A stretch of DNA of 63,954 nucleotides from a bacterium (GTDB lineage: Bacteria > Bacillota_I > Bacilli_A > Izemoplasmatales > UBA1188). The DNA lies in contig JAGCYY010000019.1 in the NCBI GenBank assembly GCA_017960565.1, positions 1 through 63,954 of the forward strand. The letters are read 5' to 3'. The notes under the pieces were generated by a model that did not search any database, was not told the origin of the DNA, and worked only from the letters and a program-made list of their open reading frames with translations. Below are positions 17,550-27,093 of this stretch, one piece after another; the first letter of the stretch is position 1; every line of letters starts with the position of its first letter. Position numbers and translations under genes: made by a program.

Positions 17550-18716
17550 TTATTTCCTGCCCTCTGCTTTTTCCTTTTCTTCAAGTTCACGAAGTTTCAT
17601 TTCTTCATAATAATCATCGTCAAAATCATCTGGATATGATTCCTCTTCTCTTACATAATCACTATCCGTAAGTGAAATTTCATTATTCGTTATTCTAGGA
17701 TTATTAATTTCTAACTTTCCGCTTTTATATTCATATTCTGCTTCAACAATCAAAAGGCCGTTTGTTTTATAGTGAATAGTACTATAAACGCTTGGGACAA
17801 AAACATATTCCTTTTCTTCGGAATCCCAGCATCCGTTATCATAATCTCTATAATTCACATCCTGACACGATTCGATATGGTAAAGAATGGCAACCACAAT
17901 TGACTTGGCGTCCTTATCCTTTCTAATTATCAATGCTTTATCCAATTCCATTGATAAAATATTAGAATTGGTAACTTCGATATCATAATAAGAATACCTA
18001 AAAGAAGAGAGTTGCTCGCTAAAGTCTTTTTCAATATCGTTGTCGAACATTGAATTGAAATTGGCTTTAAAATAGCTTTCGCACTCTTCATTATCTTTCC
18101 CTGTAATAGAAGCCAACATGGACAATATGTGCTCATGAGATTTTGAAAAAACAATATTGCTGTTTTTGACAACTTCTTCATCATCTGTGATAATCACGCC
18201 TCCTCTTAACATCGTATGAGAAAGCCAATCGTTGTCATTTGAAAGAATAAAAAGTTTGTTATCTTTTGAATAATTAATTATGGAATCAATCGCAAAGGCA
18301 TCAGGAAATTCATTTTTCTTGTCTTTCGATTCAAATGCGCCAACCCCACTAAAATAATCACTGAAAACAGAATCTGCATTAACGCCGTTTAAATCGATAG
18401 CGATTATCCCAAATTTCTCCTTAAAACCATCAAATTTGTTCAAGGCTATTCTCGACAAAAAATTCAAGTCAAGCTTATTGGAGAATGTTCCGTCATTCGC
18501 CAGGCACCTAACACGAGAAGCACATTTATTAATAGTGCTGGCAGAATCTCTTGTCTGTTCCAATAAATGTCTTTCTATTTCTTTATCAACAATGCTGCTA
18601 ATAACAATTTTCACAGTTCCATTTAAAATATATTCTTCGAGATATTTAAAAAAATTGTTATCAAAATTAAAGCAAGTACTAACTATGTACGATGTGTCAA
18701 ATGTTAAATATATCAA
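17550..18716 (-). CDS. PIN-like (DUF4935-type) domain protein with uncharacterised C-terminal domain and acidic tail, 388 aa
   Basis: N-terminal IYLTFDTSYIV..GTVKIVISSIVDKEIERH.. and ..EFPDAFAIDSIINYSKDNKLFILSNDNDW resemble the acidic-residue pattern of PIN-like DUF4935. TTG start with a strong GGAAGGTGA RBS. The stop lies 1 nt from the epimerase ATG. Confidence 0.6.
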   Translation of the reverse strand: MIYLTFDTSYIVSTCFNFDNNFFKYLEEYILNGTVKIVISSIVDKEIERHLLEQTRDSASTINKCASRVRCLANDGTFSNKLDLNFLSRIALNKFDGFKEKFGIIAIDLNGVNADSVFSDYFSGVGAFESKDKKNEFPDAFAIDSIINYSKDNKLFILSNDNDWLSHTMLRGGVIITDDEEVVKNSNIVFSKSHEHILSMLASITGKDNEECESYFKANFNSMFDNDIEKDFSEQLSSFRYSYYDIEVTNSNILSMELDKALIIRKDKDAKSIVVAILYHIESCQDVNYRDYDNGCWDSEEKEYVFVPSVYSTIHYKTNGLLIVEAEYEYKSGKLEINNPRITNNEISLTDSDYVREEESYPDDFDDDYYEEMKLRELEEKEKAEGRK

Positions 18717-18747
18717 AGTTAATCACCTTCCTTTTATCATCTAATAA

Positions 18748-19494
18748 TCAATTCTTAAATACGCTATCTTTTCCCGCTGCACTAGCGATAAACGCATGGT
18801 TATTGTCAACAATTGCAGGCCATGTAGGAAACTTCCTGCCCCAATCATTCAGCATAAATTTTAATTGAGAAGGAATCCTTAAGGTTTCAAATAAGTCGTT
18901 TCCAAAAGGCAATTTCTGTTTATCGCAAAGAATAAAAGCGAACGGGAAAAAGTAAAAGCTGGACAGCATCCCTTCTGGCATAGGATCATTTATCCCAAAA
19001 ACCATAGGAACATAATTCTTCAATATGAAAATACTATTTTGATAAGGATAGAAACAAACCAAAAGACTGTATTTATCGAGCAGTTTCTCATTCTTATCAA
19101 AGTAATAATCTCTCATCGCCCTTGCCGGCAGCGATGAATCAAATTCAGACGCGGCAAGCAGATGACCTACCACCGCCTTGATAACATTGTTCAAGTCAAA
19201 TCCTTTTTCAGGTTTGCGACCATTAATAGCGTCTATAACAAACTGCCTAAATGCACCTAAGTCCTCGTCATACTTTCCACCAAGTCCATTGTTGCATTCA
19301 CTACAAATTGTTTGAAACTTGATTCCGTTCTGTGAGTGCTTGCGTTTAGTCATCCTCAAACCGTTGCCAAGATATTCTGGAGTGAAAGAGATATAATAGG
19401 ATTCACCGTTATTTCCGCAACACTTAGGTGGGATATGGTCATAACTTAATTGCTTTCTTTGACCACAAATTGCACATTTCCCTGTTTTTGGCAT
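18748..19494 (-). CDS. HNH/Zn-ribbon nuclease-like protein, 248 aa
   Basis: GKCAICGQRKQLSYDHIPPKCCGN ... TICSECNNGLGG (CxxC..DH..CxxCN arrangement of beta-beta-alpha-Me nucleases). The ATG at 19494 lies 1 nt after the upstream stop. Confidence 0.6.
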   Translation of the reverse strand: MPKTGKCAICGQRKQLSYDHIPPKCCGNNGESYYISFTPEYLGNGLRMTKRKHSQNGIKFQTICSECNNGLGGKYDEDLGAFRQFVIDAINGRKPEKGFDLNNVIKAVVGHLLAASEFDSSLPARAMRDYYFDKNEKLLDKYSLLVCFYPYQNSIFILKNYVPMVFGINDPMPEGMLSSFYFFPFAFILCDKQKLPFGNDLFETLRIPSQLKFMLNDWGRKFPTWPAIVDNNHAFIASAAGKDSVFKN

Positions 19495-19495
19495 A

Positions 19496-19993
19496 TTACT
19501 CGCCCTCGAAATCACCGATAAGCCTTGCTGTATTAGGATTTAATTTAAGAATGAATCTAATTAGTACGCCTGCGAACGTCTCGCAAAAATCAAACTCCAA
19601 CTGCTTATTAGTCCACTCATCGATACCATAATATCTCCACTCAACGAATGTGTTAGAAATGGCATCGATCTTTTTTGAAATATTATCCTTATCAATTTCC
19701 AAGATTTTACTTAATGCGGTTTCTAAAAATAGTTTTATCTCTTCTGGTAAAGAATCATATAATGTCTTGATATTGTGGGTCTTCTCAAAATCTATGCTGT
19801 TCTGACTAAGCAGTTCCTTTAGGGACAATTCTATTGAAAGACAAGAATTCACGGAACTAGGTATTGACTGAAACATGAAATGATCAACAAGGTTTTCGGA
19901 TAATTGTTGGTCATTCCTAATAATCAATCCACTTTTGTAAAAGGAATAACTACTAATAATTGTGAGTGATAGTCTTTCGGGCGGTATCTTCAT
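19496..19993 (-). CDS. HEPN-like domain ORF (165 aa), possibly the C-terminal remainder of a disrupted larger gene
   Basis: SIELSLKELLSQNSIDFEKTHNIKTLYDSLPEE ... ISNTFVEWRYYG resembles the classic HEPN pattern (helix-LK, tHdL..L, ..RY). It is in the same frame as 20015..20122 upstream, separated only by TAG-CCA-TAG plus 4 codons. Confidence 0.5.
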   Translation of the reverse strand: MKIPPERLSLTIISSYSFYKSGLIIRNDQQLSENLVDHFMFQSIPSSVNSCLSIELSLKELLSQNSIDFEKTHNIKTLYDSLPEEIKLFLETALSKILEIDKDNISKKIDAISNTFVEWRYYGIDEWTNKQLEFDFCETFAGVLIRFILKLNPNTARLIGDFEGE

Positions 19994-20014
19994 TATTAAC
20001 CTTCGCTATGGCTA

Positions 20015-20122
20015 ATCATTTTCTTTCTTTGTTTTTAATATCGCTTTGAAATCCTCGGCCCTGGTACGGAGTATGAAATGCAAATCAAAACCATTGCCAA
20101 TTACATAAAGTTTTCTGTTCAA
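20015..20122 (-). pseudogene. 36-codon N-terminal piece with AbiH-like motif, in frame with the HEPN-like ORF
   Basis: An AGGTG RBS sits 7 nt from a TTG start. The reading (M)NRKLYVIGNGFDLHFILRTRAEDFKAILKTKKEND then meets TAG CCA TAG. LYxIGNGFDL..L.T.Y.DF is, as I remember it, the N-terminal signature of AbiH-family proteins. Confidence 0.45.
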
Positions 20123-20334
20123 TGTTAAACACCTACATTTTAAAAATATCTAAATTATCAAACATCCAAACTCCACCACCATTCGACCATCAGCTTGTCA
20201 TAACAAAAAGCATTTAGTATTATCTGCTATTGACTTGCTAACTTTTCCGTTTATAGCTAATGAATATGTGCCAAGGCAAAAACAATTAGTCAAAAATGAA
20301 AGACTAGTCCCATCTTGACGCGATGATGGCTTTT

Positions 20335-21437
20335 TTATTTTATTGAAGAGATAAATTCCAACGCCTTTTCGATAACTTTATCCATATCGTTATACTTATA
20401 TTGGCCAAGCCTTCCACCGAAATGAACATTTACTAATTTATTGGCTTCTTTCTTATACTTTTCGTAAAGCGAATTATTCTTATCATTGTTCACTGGATAA
20501 TACGGTTCATCTCCTACCATCCAAGTGGAAGAATACTCTCTTGAAATAATGGTCTTAGGAGAAGTTGAATCAAACTCGAAATGCTTATGTTCAATGATAC
20601 GTGTATAAGGAATCTCATATTCGGTATAGTTCACTACTGCATTACCTTGATAATTAGGAATATCTATGGTTTCAATTTCAAATCTGACTGAACGATATTC
20701 AAATGGTCCGTATTTTTAATCGAAGAATTGATCGATTGGACTGGTATAGACAATTTCTTTAGCCTCTTTTAATAACTCTTCTTTATGTTCAAAGAAGTCA
20801 TAATTTAGTTTAACTTCTATACCCTCTCACATCTTTTCAATAATTTTGGTATAACCCCCAATTGGGATACCATGATATCTATCGTTAAAGTAATTGTTAT
20901 CATATATAAATCTTACTGGTAATCTCTTGATAATGAAGGCCGGAAGTTCTGCACATGGTCTACCCCGTTGTTTTGCTGTATAGCCTTTAATGAGTTTTTC
21001 ATAGATTGTTGGACCCACTAAATTAATCGCTTGTTCTTCTAAGTTCTTCGGTTCATCAAAATGATAAGCTTTCTTTTCTTCTTCAATTCTATTTTGGCTT
21101 GTTCTGGGGCGAAGACATCATTCCATAATTTGGAAAATGTATTCATATTGAAAGGAGGATTATAAAGTTCATTTTTATATCTAGCGACTGGGAAGATAAT
21201 GTAGTTATTAAACTCGGCGAATTGATTGATACATTCCCAAACTTGTTTATTGGAGGTATGGAAGATATGGGCTCCATAAACATGGGCATTAATACCATCT
21301 TCATTTTTAGCATAAATGTGACCTGCAATATGATTTCTTTTATCAATCACTAGGCATTTAAAACCTCTTTTATTCAATTCGTATGCGCATATCGCACCAT
21401 AAAGGCCCGATCCAACTATCAGATAATCGTATTTCAC
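20335..21437 (-). pseudogene. glf: UDP-galactopyranose mutase gene, inactivated
   Basis: The N-terminus MKYDYLIVGSGLYGAICAYEL.. is intact. A frameshift in gaagaagaaaagaaagc (~21060-21080) breaks the frame. In-frame TGA follows ..TKIIEKM (20824..20826) and in-frame TAA sits at ..DQFFD*KYGPFEY (~20717). The conserved KQWG reads KQRG. Confidence 0.9.
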
Positions 21438-21454
21438 ATCATTCCAATTCCATC

Positions 21455-22636
21455 TTAATCATTTAAATTACTTAATTTCATCAAACAATCAAATTGTTCA
21501 AATGCCGATTGAAGAGAAAACTTAGTTTCATATATTAAACGCGATTTATTACCCATCGCCTCCAATTCATCCTTGCCTAGCGCCATAATTTTTGAAATTG
21601 CACTAGCAATGTCAACCGGATCGCCTGTTCTTGCCAAGAAGCCATTGCCACCATCAACAATCATATCTGACATTCCATTGTCGATCGTCAATAACAATGG
21701 TTTCCCCAAAGACAAGCTTTCAGTAACAAACATTGACTGGCCTTCATATCTTGACACAAGAATAGTTGCCTTTGCTTGTGAAATATACTCAAAAACCTCA
21801 TCATGAGAAGCGCTTCGAACTAACTGAATATATTTCTCAAGATTTAATTTGTGGATTGTGCTCAAAATCCTAGAATACTCTTCGCCATCACCTATAATAA
21901 TCAAATTGAAATCATCATGTATTTTATTATTCTTTGCCAAATAAAACACTGATTTCAAAAGGTCAGTTATGCCTTTTTGGATGACGCCGCTTTTAGACAT
22001 TTTACCCATAGTGATAAAAATATTATTGGTAATCACACTTTTAGGCAAAATACCATCTACAGAAGTATTATAAATGATCCCATAGGATTTATTTTCCCAC
22101 ATAGTGTAAACATTAGAATCTAGATAAAATCTTTTAATAAAATCCAGATAGTAATTACTGGTGGAAACTATGTTAGCTACCTTTGCCATAAAATCTTTCA
22201 TTTTTTTAAAGGCAATTCTAGCTCCTATTGTACGCTTTTCTCCAAAAATCGGGACTTCTGTATCAGCGGTAGAATGAATTCTCACAAATACCTTTTTACC
22301 ATATCTGTCTAAAACCCAGTTTTCTAAAAAGGGGAAGGTGTTCGTTTCAAAAAATATTATATCAATATTGTTTTTTTCAATATAGCCACAAAGACTTTTG
22401 TAACGTTTTCTTTCATACAAAATCCTAAAAATATGTCTTTTGGGTCCGGTGAATTTATATCGATAAACACTAATGCCGTTTAACTCTTGTTTGCTCCCCA
22501 ATTGTACCTCGGTAAAAACAAATACTTTATAATTATCTTCACCATATTTCAAGATAGAATTTACCAAATTAGTTGAAGCATTGGCAAAACCAGTACTATT
22601 TGGGTAGAAATCCGGTGTAATAAACAAAACATTCAT
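21455..22636 (-). CDS. GT4-family (GT-B) glycosyltransferase
   Basis: MNVLFITPDFYPNSTGFAN start. The C-terminal part ..SRYEGQSMFVTESLSLGKPLL.. is an E-x7-E-type motif. Confidence 0.8.
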   Translation of the reverse strand: MNVLFITPDFYPNSTGFANASTNLVNSILKYGEDNYKVFVFTEVQLGSKQELNGISVYRYKFTGPKRHIFRILYERKRYKSLCGYIEKNNIDIIFFETNTFPFLENWVLDRYGKKVFVRIHSTADTEVPIFGEKRTIGARIAFKKMKDFMAKVANIVSTSNYYLDFIKRFYLDSNVYTMWENKSYGIIYNTSVDGILPKSVITNNIFITMGKMSKSGVIQKGITDLLKSVFYLAKNNKIHDDFNLIIIGDGEEYSRILSTIHKLNLEKYIQLVRSASHDEVFEYISQAKATILVSRYEGQSMFVTESLSLGKPLLLTIDNGMSDMIVDGGNGFLARTGDPVDIASAISKIMALGKDELEAMGNKSRLIYETKFSLQSAFEQFDCLMKLSNLND

Positions 22637-24039
22637 TATTTTTTCCTCCTCAGTGAGCCAACCGTGCCCATTAATTCTTTTCTATATAAAATGAATACTA
22701 GCAAAACACAAACCACAAAAATGCAAGCAGTAATAAATAAACTACTAAATACATTGATGATGATACTCGATAAAACAGATGTGGCAAAAAGAACAATATT
22801 AATTGTCCAATTTATACTAAGTTGCGTTACCTTTTTTGCGTAAATTGCTCGTAAAAGCATCATGACAAAGGGACCTATTATGTTTCCGATAACAACACTC
22901 CAAATCCCCAACACCCCAATGAAGCCCAAAGAAATAGCAAGAGATATAATTGCTCCGACTAAGGTTGTAATAAAGATATATTTTGTTTTATCAGTCACCT
23001 GAAAGGATGAACCATAATTGTTAGCCAAGGCAGTAAATAGTGCGGAAAGTAACAAAGGTAACACAAATACGGACGATTCATAATAAGCTGTTTGTTTGAA
23101 TGCAAATTGATAAAGAATGTTAATCGCAGGTATTGCCAACAAAATCATGGAAAAATAGGCTTTCGAAATCATCGAGATCAATCTACCTATTTTGACTCGA
23201 TATTCGTCAATGCTATTATAAGAGTATGCTTCTTCTATAACAGCCATTGAAACAATCGTACTACAAAAGCTAATCAAAACTGAAAACTTTGCAGCAAAAG
23301 AATAAAGACCATTTTCTGAAGCTCCAATCAAATCTCTAATAATTATTCTATTTCCACCAGAATAAAACCATAATGCAACTGTATTAACAACTAATGGAGC
23401 GGAGAAAAGAAGCATCTGTTTAAGCTTGGTTTTTGAAAAGAGCTGAAAGCGGATTTTAGATAGTAATTTTGTTTTAAATTCAAGAACTACAATCGTAATC
23501 AATAACGATGCAATACGAGAAATAGTTAGGCCTATATAATCCAATCTCAAACAAAAAGCAAAAAACAAATCAAGAAGAATTAAAGCAACACTTCCTGCTA
23601 TTCCTGATATAACATATTGTTTAGTTTCTCCCATAGCTCTTGCGCTATACTGCCACAAAGAAACAAGACCCTGAACAATAATCAGCAGAAATAGTAGTGG
23701 CAAATTAATTTTCAAATTAAATGGAATCAAACAGCCCATCACAGCTGCACAAGCTATGCAACCGAAACCACCAAAAATAAAAGCAGTTGAAAAATAGTTT
23801 GTAAAATTATCCTTATCTTTTCCCAAGCAATATTTGAGAATTGATTCCCAAAGGACAAAAAATACTATCGGCGTAATCATATTGGACACCGAAAGTAAGT
23901 AATCATATTCTCCAAGTTCTTCTGTTGAAACAAAATACGCATACAGAGGCACTAAGAGTATATTTATCAAATAAGTTGAAAAAGTGCCGACAAAATATAT
24001 GGACATTTTTTTGAAGAAATTATTTTTAAAAAGTCTCAT
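22636..24039 (-). CDS. wzx: Wzx-type oligosaccharide flippase (MOP superfamily)
   Basis: 467 aa and about 12-14 hydrophobic segments throughout. It lies within the glycan locus. Confidence 0.75.
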   Translation of the reverse strand: MRLFKNNFFKKMSIYFVGTFSTYLINILLVPLYAYFVSTEELGEYDYLLSVSNMITPIVFFVLWESILKYCLGKDKDNFTNYFSTAFIFGGFGCIACAAVMGCLIPFNLKINLPLLFLLIIVQGLVSLWQYSARAMGETKQYVISGIAGSVALILLDLFFAFCLRLDYIGLTISRIASLLITIVVLEFKTKLLSKIRFQLFSKTKLKQMLLFSAPLVVNTVALWFYSGGNRIIIRDLIGASENGLYSFAAKFSVLISFCSTIVSMAVIEEAYSYNSIDEYRVKIGRLISMISKAYFSMILLAIPAINILYQFAFKQTAYYESSVFVLPLLLSALFTALANNYGSSFQVTDKTKYIFITTLVGAIISLAISLGFIGVLGIWSVVIGNIIGPFVMMLLRAIYAKKVTQLSINWTINIVLFATSVLSSIIINVFSSLFITACIFVVCVLLVFILYRKELMGTVGSLRRKK

Positions 24040-24131
24040 CTGTCCTCCAACCGTGTATTTAGAAATAAAAAACCATTGGCAAAACCTTTTTCAATCAAAA
24101 ACAAGAAATGCGAGAGGGCTTCATACCATAT

Positions 24132-25157
24132 TTATACTCTTTTAACTAAACTTCTAAGTTTGTAGTATATGAGAATTTGCCTAACACTTTTCCTAAATAC
24201 TATTTTTGTAAAAATCCTCATTTTCGTTTCGACTGTTTTCAAAATTAGTTTTTTTGTTAATTCATCGAATTTAACTACATGTTCAAAAAAGACCGAAAAC
24301 TCATTTTTTATCTCTTTTTTTGCTTTTTTCCTTACTTCATTATACAAATCGAGCGAAGCATATTTAATCATAGAGATATATGAAGAGTAGGCTTGAATAT
24401 ACTGCTCTTGTGGCTTTTCTCTGATTCTTAATTGTTGCACAATTCGGTCTAAAATATATCCAAAAGCTATTTCAAGGTGTTTATTCTTTTTACGAACACG
24501 AGATGTTTCAACAATTCGGTAATTATATAACGGTTCATCGACACACGAAATAGATGGGCACGCCAAAACCAATAAATAGTTAAAAAGTAAATCAGTACCA
24601 TTAAACTCTCTCGGCATATCAAAGTGGGCATTAGAATCTTTCAAAAAAGACATCTTGTACATTTTATTCCAAGAATCACTCATTTGATATACTCTGCATA
24701 TCGATGAATAATCACGATTTAACATTTCGTCCGTTACTCTAATGACTTTCGAAGCATTCTTGGGGAGATTTACTATTGCATTATTTTGTTTAAACACAAC
24801 CTTTTTTGCACACAGAGCAATATCTGTATTGTTTGTTTTTAAAGAAACAAGCAATTTTTCTAAATAATCTTTTTCGACAAAATCGTCAGAGTCAATTGTC
24901 ACGAAGAAATTTCCCTTGGATGCCATCAACCCTATTTCCCTTGCTTTAGCAAGCCCTTCATTCTTTTTTGCTATAACAGTAATTCTTTTGTCTATATTCT
25001 CATACAATTTACAAATATCCAAAGAAGAATCAGTAGACCCATCATCAACTAAAAAAAGCTCAAAGTTTGTATATGATTGTGACAAAATACTTTCAATGCA
25101 TTGATTCAAATATAAAGAAGTATTAAAAACTGGGACAACAATACTAACGAGATTCAC
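24132..25157 (-). CDS. GT2-family glycosyltransferase
   Basis: VSIVVPVFNTSLYLNQCIESILSQSYTNFELFLVDDGSTDSS and ..TIDSDDF (DxD) motifs. Confidence 0.85.
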   Translation of the reverse strand: MNLVSIVVPVFNTSLYLNQCIESILSQSYTNFELFLVDDGSTDSSLDICKLYENIDKRITVIAKKNEGLAKAREIGLMASKGNFFVTIDSDDFVEKDYLEKLLVSLKTNNTDIALCAKKVVFKQNNAIVNLPKNASKVIRVTDEMLNRDYSSICRVYQMSDSWNKMYKMSFLKDSNAHFDMPREFNGTDLLFNYLLVLACPSISCVDEPLYNYRIVETSRVRKKNKHLEIAFGYILDRIVQQLRIREKPQEQYIQAYSSYISMIKYASLDLYNEVRKKAKKEIKNEFSVFFEHVVKFDELTKKLILKTVETKMRIFTKIVFRKSVRQILIYYKLRSLVKRV

Positions 25158-26448
25158 TTAATAATCTCCTTTTTTTGTTATTTACATTATTGGACTCAAG
25201 AAAGATAAATATTAAAACAATAAACATAGAGAACTCATTTACACCAAAAATGCTTCCTTTTATATTTGTTACAACAAGAGCGCTAGTTAAGAGAAAAAAG
25301 AGAAAAAAAGCATAAATTTTATTAGTTGAATTAAAAAGATTCCTAGCAATTCTTGTAGTCATCATAAAGAAGGAAAAATAGACTAAAAGGCAGTAAATAA
25401 TACCCCCCTCCCAAAGGTCTCTAATATATCCAATATCAGATCTTACAAGCAATCCCGTGCCAAACCATAATTCACTTCCAGTCGGAGCATAATGTATACC
25501 AATACCAATAGCATCGTTAGTAAACAATGCGTCAAAATATCCTTCTTTTTTGCCCTCTAAGAACGCTGCTATTTCTTCAATTCCATCACTTATCCACTTT
25601 ATATTGTTGGAGTTTTTGCTAATACTCAAGAAGGAATTAAAAAGAAATAGCAAAGCAATAATTACTAGCAACAGTTTAAAACATTTTTTAGGGCTCTTCA
25701 AAAACGTAAAAAAAAGCAATAGAACAAATCCCATAATAATAATGACTAAACTAGTTCTAGCGTTAATAAGACCTGAAAACATGATTATAGCTGCATAAAG
25801 ATAATTAATTCGTTTTTTAGAGAATACCCCTTTAAAAATTGACAACATTCCAATAACGCTCTGAAGAATTGGCATTGCATATGTTAATCCATTAGACCAA
25901 CCAAACAATCTTACGGTTATTAAATTAGGTATCTGCTCTTCAGACATAGAATAAAACAACCTATCCACAAAGAAAGAGTGAATATTAGAATTTATGTAGG
26001 TCAAAATCGATAACAATCCTTGAACAAAAGCTACAAATATCAAAATTGATAGAAATTCATCAAACGAAATCTTCGACTTTTTAGCAAACGTAGCAATAAA
26101 TAGTGCAGACGGGAATCCAAAAATTGTTAAATATGCAAGTCCTCCCATCGAATTAACAAATTCGTTTTGCTTAATAAAACCAACAATCAAAATATATGCA
26201 CAAGAAAAAAGTAATATACTTGCAACAATTGTTACTGGACCTTTTAAGAGATGAACTCTAAATACCAATAATAAAAGCCAGCTAATTAACCCCACTATGA
26301 TAATGGTATTAAACGATAAAAAAGGCGGAAGATATAAATAAAAAAACAAAAAGAACCCAATAAAAATCTTTCTAATGTTCATTTTTGCTATTGAATTTAG
26401 TTTTCCTCTTTCATGTGAAATTGTAACTGTATTAATTACGTTTTGCAT
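25144..26448 (-). CDS. wzy: Wzy-type polymerase / O-antigen-ligase-like polytopic membrane protein
   Basis: About 10-12 TM segments with a larger loop. It sits next to wzx and glycosyltransferases. The start is chosen at the ATG at 26448, which has a GAGAGGTG RBS. The longer track ORF has no RBS. Confidence 0.6.
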   Translation of the reverse strand: MQNVINTVTISHERGKLNSIAKMNIRKIFIGFFLFFYLYLPPFLSFNTIIIVGLISWLLLLVFRVHLLKGPVTIVASILLFSCAYILIVGFIKQNEFVNSMGGLAYLTIFGFPSALFIATFAKKSKISFDEFLSILIFVAFVQGLLSILTYINSNIHSFFVDRLFYSMSEEQIPNLITVRLFGWSNGLTYAMPILQSVIGMLSIFKGVFSKKRINYLYAAIIMFSGLINARTSLVIIIMGFVLLLFFTFLKSPKKCFKLLLVIIALLFLFNSFLSISKNSNNIKWISDGIEEIAAFLEGKKEGYFDALFTNDAIGIGIHYAPTGSELWFGTGLLVRSDIGYIRDLWEGGIIYCLLVYFSFFMMTTRIARNLFNSTNKIYAFFLFFLLTSALVVTNIKGSIFGVNEFSMFIVLIFIFLESNNVNNKKRRLLSESR

Positions 26449-27085
26449 TCCAATTAACACCTCTCTTAACAATTCTTGCAGGTACACCGGCTAAAACAAC
26501 ATTCATTTCGGTAAATTGATTTGTTACTATAGCCCCGTTTCCAACGATACTATTTGAGGAAATTAAGACTCCTTTATTTATCATTGCACGATTTCCGACC
26601 CAAATGTGATCACATATTATAACATCCTTTGCGAAATTAATTCTTTCATCACTGTTGATATTAAAAATAGAATGAGAATCTCCGTTTCTAATTGTGATTT
26701 CGCTAGAAAATAAACAATCTCTACCAATTATTATTTTCGCTCCTTCTGTGCAAGCTATATGAATTTTCCCTGCAAAACTAGTGTCAGAACCTACACGAAT
26801 AATCCCGTTGTCATCTTCTATAAAAAACGCAGCATTTTGTGCAAATACATTATCATCGAACAAAACTTTGCAATTATTACCTAATAGAGTAAAACTACAC
26901 CTTTTAAAAACGCAGTTATTTCCAATGATTATTTCATTACCATTTCCTTTACTCTTAATTTTGCATTTAATTAATAGACCACTCTTGTTCTTGAATTTTA
27001 TCTTTCCTCTAAAAGAGTTTAGTAGTGGCATCTTGGTTAGTGTTTTTCCTAGCTTCATAACTATTCTTTTTATACATTTATTCAT
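26432..27085 (-). CDS. Left-handed beta-helix (hexapeptide-repeat) acetyltransferase
   Basis: Repeated [LIV]-G-x4 hexads, e.g. IIGNNCVF.., IIIGRDCLF.., IWVGNRAMINKGVLISSNSIVGNGAIV. Confidence 0.75.
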   Translation of the reverse strand: MNKCIKRIVMKLGKTLTKMPLLNSFRGKIKFKNKSGLLIKCKIKSKGNGNEIIIGNNCVFKRCSFTLLGNNCKVLFDDNVFAQNAAFFIEDDNGIIRVGSDTSFAGKIHIACTEGAKIIIGRDCLFSSEITIRNGDSHSIFNINSDERINFAKDVIICDHIWVGNRAMINKGVLISSNSIVGNGAIVTNQFTEMNVVLAGVPARIVKRGVNWNAKRN

Positions 27086-27093
27086 ATTTATTC

